Below, one piece after another: positions 60,667-64,000 of a DNA stretch of 64,000 bases (positions are counted from its first letter, which is position 1; every line of letters starts with the position of its first letter). The position numbers and the translations under genes were made by a program. Below the pieces are notes generated by a model. That model made no database searches and was not told the DNA's origin. It worked only from the letters and a program-made list of their open reading frames with translations. The DNA is from Protoeuglena noctilucae (lineage: Eukaryota). The stretch covers positions 620,001 to 684,000 of the forward strand of contig OY253682.1 in assembly GCA_958009085.1 (NCBI GenBank), given 5' to 3'.

Positions 60667-63351
60667 ATGGCGGCAAGGGCGCCCCAGGGAGGCACAGCAC
60701 AGGCCGGCGCGGCGCGCGGGGGAGGAGGGCTGGCGATGGCGGAGGGAGCAGGCTTCCGCGGAAGGGGGACTCCGCGCTCGGGCCCGGGAAGCGGCGGCGG
60801 GGGTCAGGGACCCGCACAGGCCCCGCGGCCCGCCACAGCGGGCGCGGACCACAAGCGGCGCGTCGAGGACGGGGCGGAGCGCCCGGCGTCGGCCACAGCC
60901 GCACCAAATTCTGACAAGCGCCGTCGGCGTGGCCGGGGCCGTGGCAGGGACAAGCAGGAGCCCCAGGTCGAGCCTGTCGGGGGAGCAGTGAGCCAGGCGG
61001 CAAGACCGGTGTCTGCCCGCGCGCCAACGAACCGGCCGGCGGTACAGCCCGTCGCGGTGGCCGTTTCTGCGCCGATGGGTGGCGCCTCAGCGATCGGCGA
61101 GCAGCAGCAGGACGGCGGGGGCCGGCAGGGGGGCCAGCGCCGGAGGGGGCGGGGCCGCGGCCAACAGGGGGCCGGGGATGGCAACAACGCTGGCGCTGGT
61201 GGTAGGGAGGCGCCGCAGGGCGATGCAAGCCGAGCGGCGGCTGGCAGGCAAGGGGGCGGCCGCGGTGGGGTCCAGGCGGCGGAGGAGCACGACGGGATGG
61301 ATGATGCTGCGGTTCGTAGCAAGCACCACATCACTCGGGGCATCACTCGCTTCACGGCCATCCAGTCCCGCACCATCCAGCCCGCGGTGAGCGGCGCAGC
61401 GGGCTCCGAAGCGGCGGGCCCCAACTGGGCTGGCCGCGGTCATCCCACCGGCTTTTCCACGCACCGCTGCAGATCCAGGGCATGGACGTGCTGGCCAAGG
61501 CCAAGACGGGGTCGGGCAAGACCCTGGCCTTCCTCATCCCGATGGTGGAGATGTACGACCGCGAAGTCCGCCGGAGCGAGCAGGCCTGGCGCGCGTCGGC
61601 GTCGTCCGCGTTCCCCTTCCTCGTCATGACGCCCACGCGGGAGCTCGCCATCCAGATCGCCCGGAACGCCGAGTTCCTGGCACGCTTCCACCGGGGGTTC
61701 ACGGTGCTGCACGTCATTGGGGGCACGAACGTGGACACGGACCGGCGCAAGACGGGCAGCGGGCAGCGGTGCGACTTGCTCGTGGGCACGCCCGGCCGCA
61801 TTAACGACCTCATGGGGGTGAGGGGCGGGTGGGGATGAGGCGAACGGGGCGGCTCGGCTGGCAGAGGGGCTCCCTTCATGCCGCGGCACTGTGCCCCTTG
61901 ATCGCAGTTCCCCATCGGCGGAGGGAAGGGGAAGGGCCGCGGCAAGGGCCAGGGCAAGAACGTGGGCAACCCCCGCGCAGAGGAGGACTTCCGGAGGCGG
62001 CTTGAGAACGTCCGCGTCCTGGTGAGGGCCCGGCTGGCTCTCGGGACGTTGGCTGGGGGTGCCGCGGGGGCTGACGTGGGGGCTGACGTGGGCCCACGCG
62101 CTGTGCTCGCAGGTGCTGGACGAGGCCGACCGCATGGTGGAGCGGGGCTTCCTGCAGCAGGTCAGCAAGGTCAAGAACCACATCCGCCCGGGGCACCAGA
62201 CGCTCATGTTCAGCGCCACTATCCCGGAGGACCTCGGGAATGTGCGGATGCTGCGGGACGGGCACGCGGTGGTGGACGTGGTCGGGAAGGCGATGGGCGC
62301 TCAGACCAACGCCCAGGTCGAGCAGAAGGCGCTTCTGGTGAGAGCGCAGAGGCTCAGCGGCGGGTGGGGGCATCGCAGCAAGCGCGTCTGCGCTCACAGG
62401 GAGGGTCCCCCCATGTCACATGGGGGGACCCTCGCCGTCAACTGCAGGCGCCTGTGGAGCACCACGTCGATGTCCTGGTGGACGTGATCGAGTCCGTGGT
62501 GGCTGACCACCGGGCCAAGCAGGCGTCGAAGTCGGGGGCCGGCTCGGCGCTCGAGTTCGGATGCGGGGTGGGCGACATCCCCCTGAGCGCAGCCATGCGT
62601 GCGGCGCTGGACGCCTGGGAGATCGTGGACGCCAGCGGCTTCCGCGTGATGATCTTCGCGCCGTGCAACCACTACGTCGACTACATCGCCGCGGTCCTTT
62701 CCGCCGCGCTGCCCTACGAGGTCCTCGCCATCCACGGGAACCTCACGCAGGGCAAGCGCACGCGGGTGAGGGCGGCGGCCCTGGCTGCCGCGCGGCTGCC
62801 TCTCAGCGACTTGTGGTGGCATTACAGCGAGCCCGCCCCGCCGCTCTCACCGCTCGCAGGCGTATGACGCCTTTCTCACGCGGGGCGACACGATCCTCGT
62901 GACGAGCGACGCGAGCGCTCGCGGGCTCGACTTCCCGGACGTGTCGGCGGTGGTGCAGCTGGGCTTCAACGCGCGGGCCGAGTACATCCACCGAGTGGGC
63001 CGCACTGGGCGCGCGGGCAAGGGCGGCCTGGGCGTGGTGATCCTGGACAACGAGGTGGAGGCGTCGGTGCTGTCGCCCTCCAGCCCCGACAGCATCGCGG
63101 CCCAGGTCCCCCGGGACCGCGTGGAGGCGTGGCGTCCCCGGCCGGGGGCGGCGCCCGTGCCCCGGGCCGTGTCGCCCTCGGAGGGCAAGCACGTCCTCCG
63201 CGCGTGGGTCGGGGCGTACGCCGGGCGGTGGAAGGCTCTGCGGTGGGACCCCTACAAGGTTGCCAGCATGTGCGAGCGCTTTGCCCGGGGCCTGGGCCTT
63301 GGCGACGACCCCAGCCGCGCAGCCAAGATCCGCGAGAAGTTGCACATCTGA
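60667..63351 (+). CDS. DEAD-box RNA helicase (Mss116/HAS1-like) with an Arg/Gly-rich N-terminus
   Basis: Q motif FTAIQ, AKTGSGKTLAF, PTRELA, GTPGR, LDEAD, FSAT, IHG.LTQGKR, SDASARGLDFPDV and YIHRVGRTGRAG. Confidence 0.94.
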
Positions 63352-63377
63352 GCACGTTCGAGGGGGCGGGGAGCTGG

Positions 63378-63530
63378 ACGATGATGCGCAGTTCAGTAGC
63401 TGAGGGTGCCGAGGTCCATCAGGATCCTCGCCGCATGGGCGAGGGGTCCCCAGGCCCACACGGGGGCGAGATGATGATGTGCAGTTCAATAGCTGAGGGT
63501 GCTGAGGTCCATCAGGATCCTCGCCGCACG
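63378..63530. repeat. Direct repeat of ~55 nt, 93-nt period, just downstream of the helicase stop
   Basis: atgatgYgcagttcaRtagctgagggtgcYgaggtccatcaggatcctcgccgca at 63381 and 63474. Confidence 0.85.
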
Positions 63531-64000
63531 AGCTAGGCCCGCGCGACATGAGCGCCTTCCCCCGGGGCTGCCGCACCCCGGGGGTTCCATTATCGCAATG
63601 CATATGGCACTTGGCCCGCCCCCGCTAGGTCCCCCCACCCGAAGGCTATGGGGCCGCCGCCCCGGGCTCCAGCGCCCCTAGCCCCTTCGCCGAACCGCCG
63701 CCCCTGCCGGGACGAGCAACCGCAGGATGCCACGCGAGCGGGCCCCTGGGTACAAATACAACAACGAAGCAACGAAGCAGAGACAAGCCCCCATGCCGCG
63801 GCGCAGAGCACTTTCGCCCCATGCTAACAACGGACCCCACCCTGGTCCCACCGGCGCGGTCCCCGCGTCCCGCCGGTCGCTCTGCGTCCCCGTCACGAAA
63901 GCCTGCCGTCCCTCTGCACGCACACAGCGCGCAGCGCCCCGAAAGCCCCCCTAGACTCGGGGGCGCGGCTTGTCCCGACCAGCAGAACTCGAGCGCGTCG

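Noticed and set aside
63381..63410. C/D-box snoRNA-like ATGATG...CTGA
   Set aside because: The boxes are only ~13 nt apart, with no terminal stem or recognisable rRNA guide. The duplication explains the pattern better.

Overview
Nuclear DNA from a very GC-rich (roughly 65-70% by eye), gene-dense, intron-rich eukaryote. It is almost certainly a green alga, because it carries the chlorophyll b reductase NOL, Tic20, a RUS6-like gene and several plastid-type presequences; I cannot determine the species. I reconstructed about 21 spliced genes by hand, mostly on alternating strands with very short gaps: TAM41, an EF-hand protein, importin-5, Tic20, a bZIP factor, a Rieske-fold protein, a 5'-3' exonuclease, NOL, a RING-H2 ligase, RUS6-like, a double Zn-ribbon SSSCA1-like protein, a KDM5/JARID1-like protein, an NYN protein, RPC40, a PLAT-lipoxygenase-like protein, RING1-like, an ABM-domain protein, a DEAD-box helicase and several hypotheticals. 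Coordinates are gene spans including introns, and some start codons are uncertain. The main observations are: (1) a lipoxygenase homologue with an N-myristoylation motif that has lost every iron ligand; (2) a KDM5-like protein with a degenerate JmjC site but intact reader domains; (3) about 19 introns whose best reading uses a GC donor; (4) a ~110-bp six-unit array with an invariant CAGGC-N4-GCCTG dyad; (5) importin-5 introns containing tandem copies of their own splice-donor junction; (6) a Cys-rich tail on the bZIP factor that only appears if a GC-AG intron is spliced. I found no rRNA, tRNA, CRISPR array or recognisable transposase.
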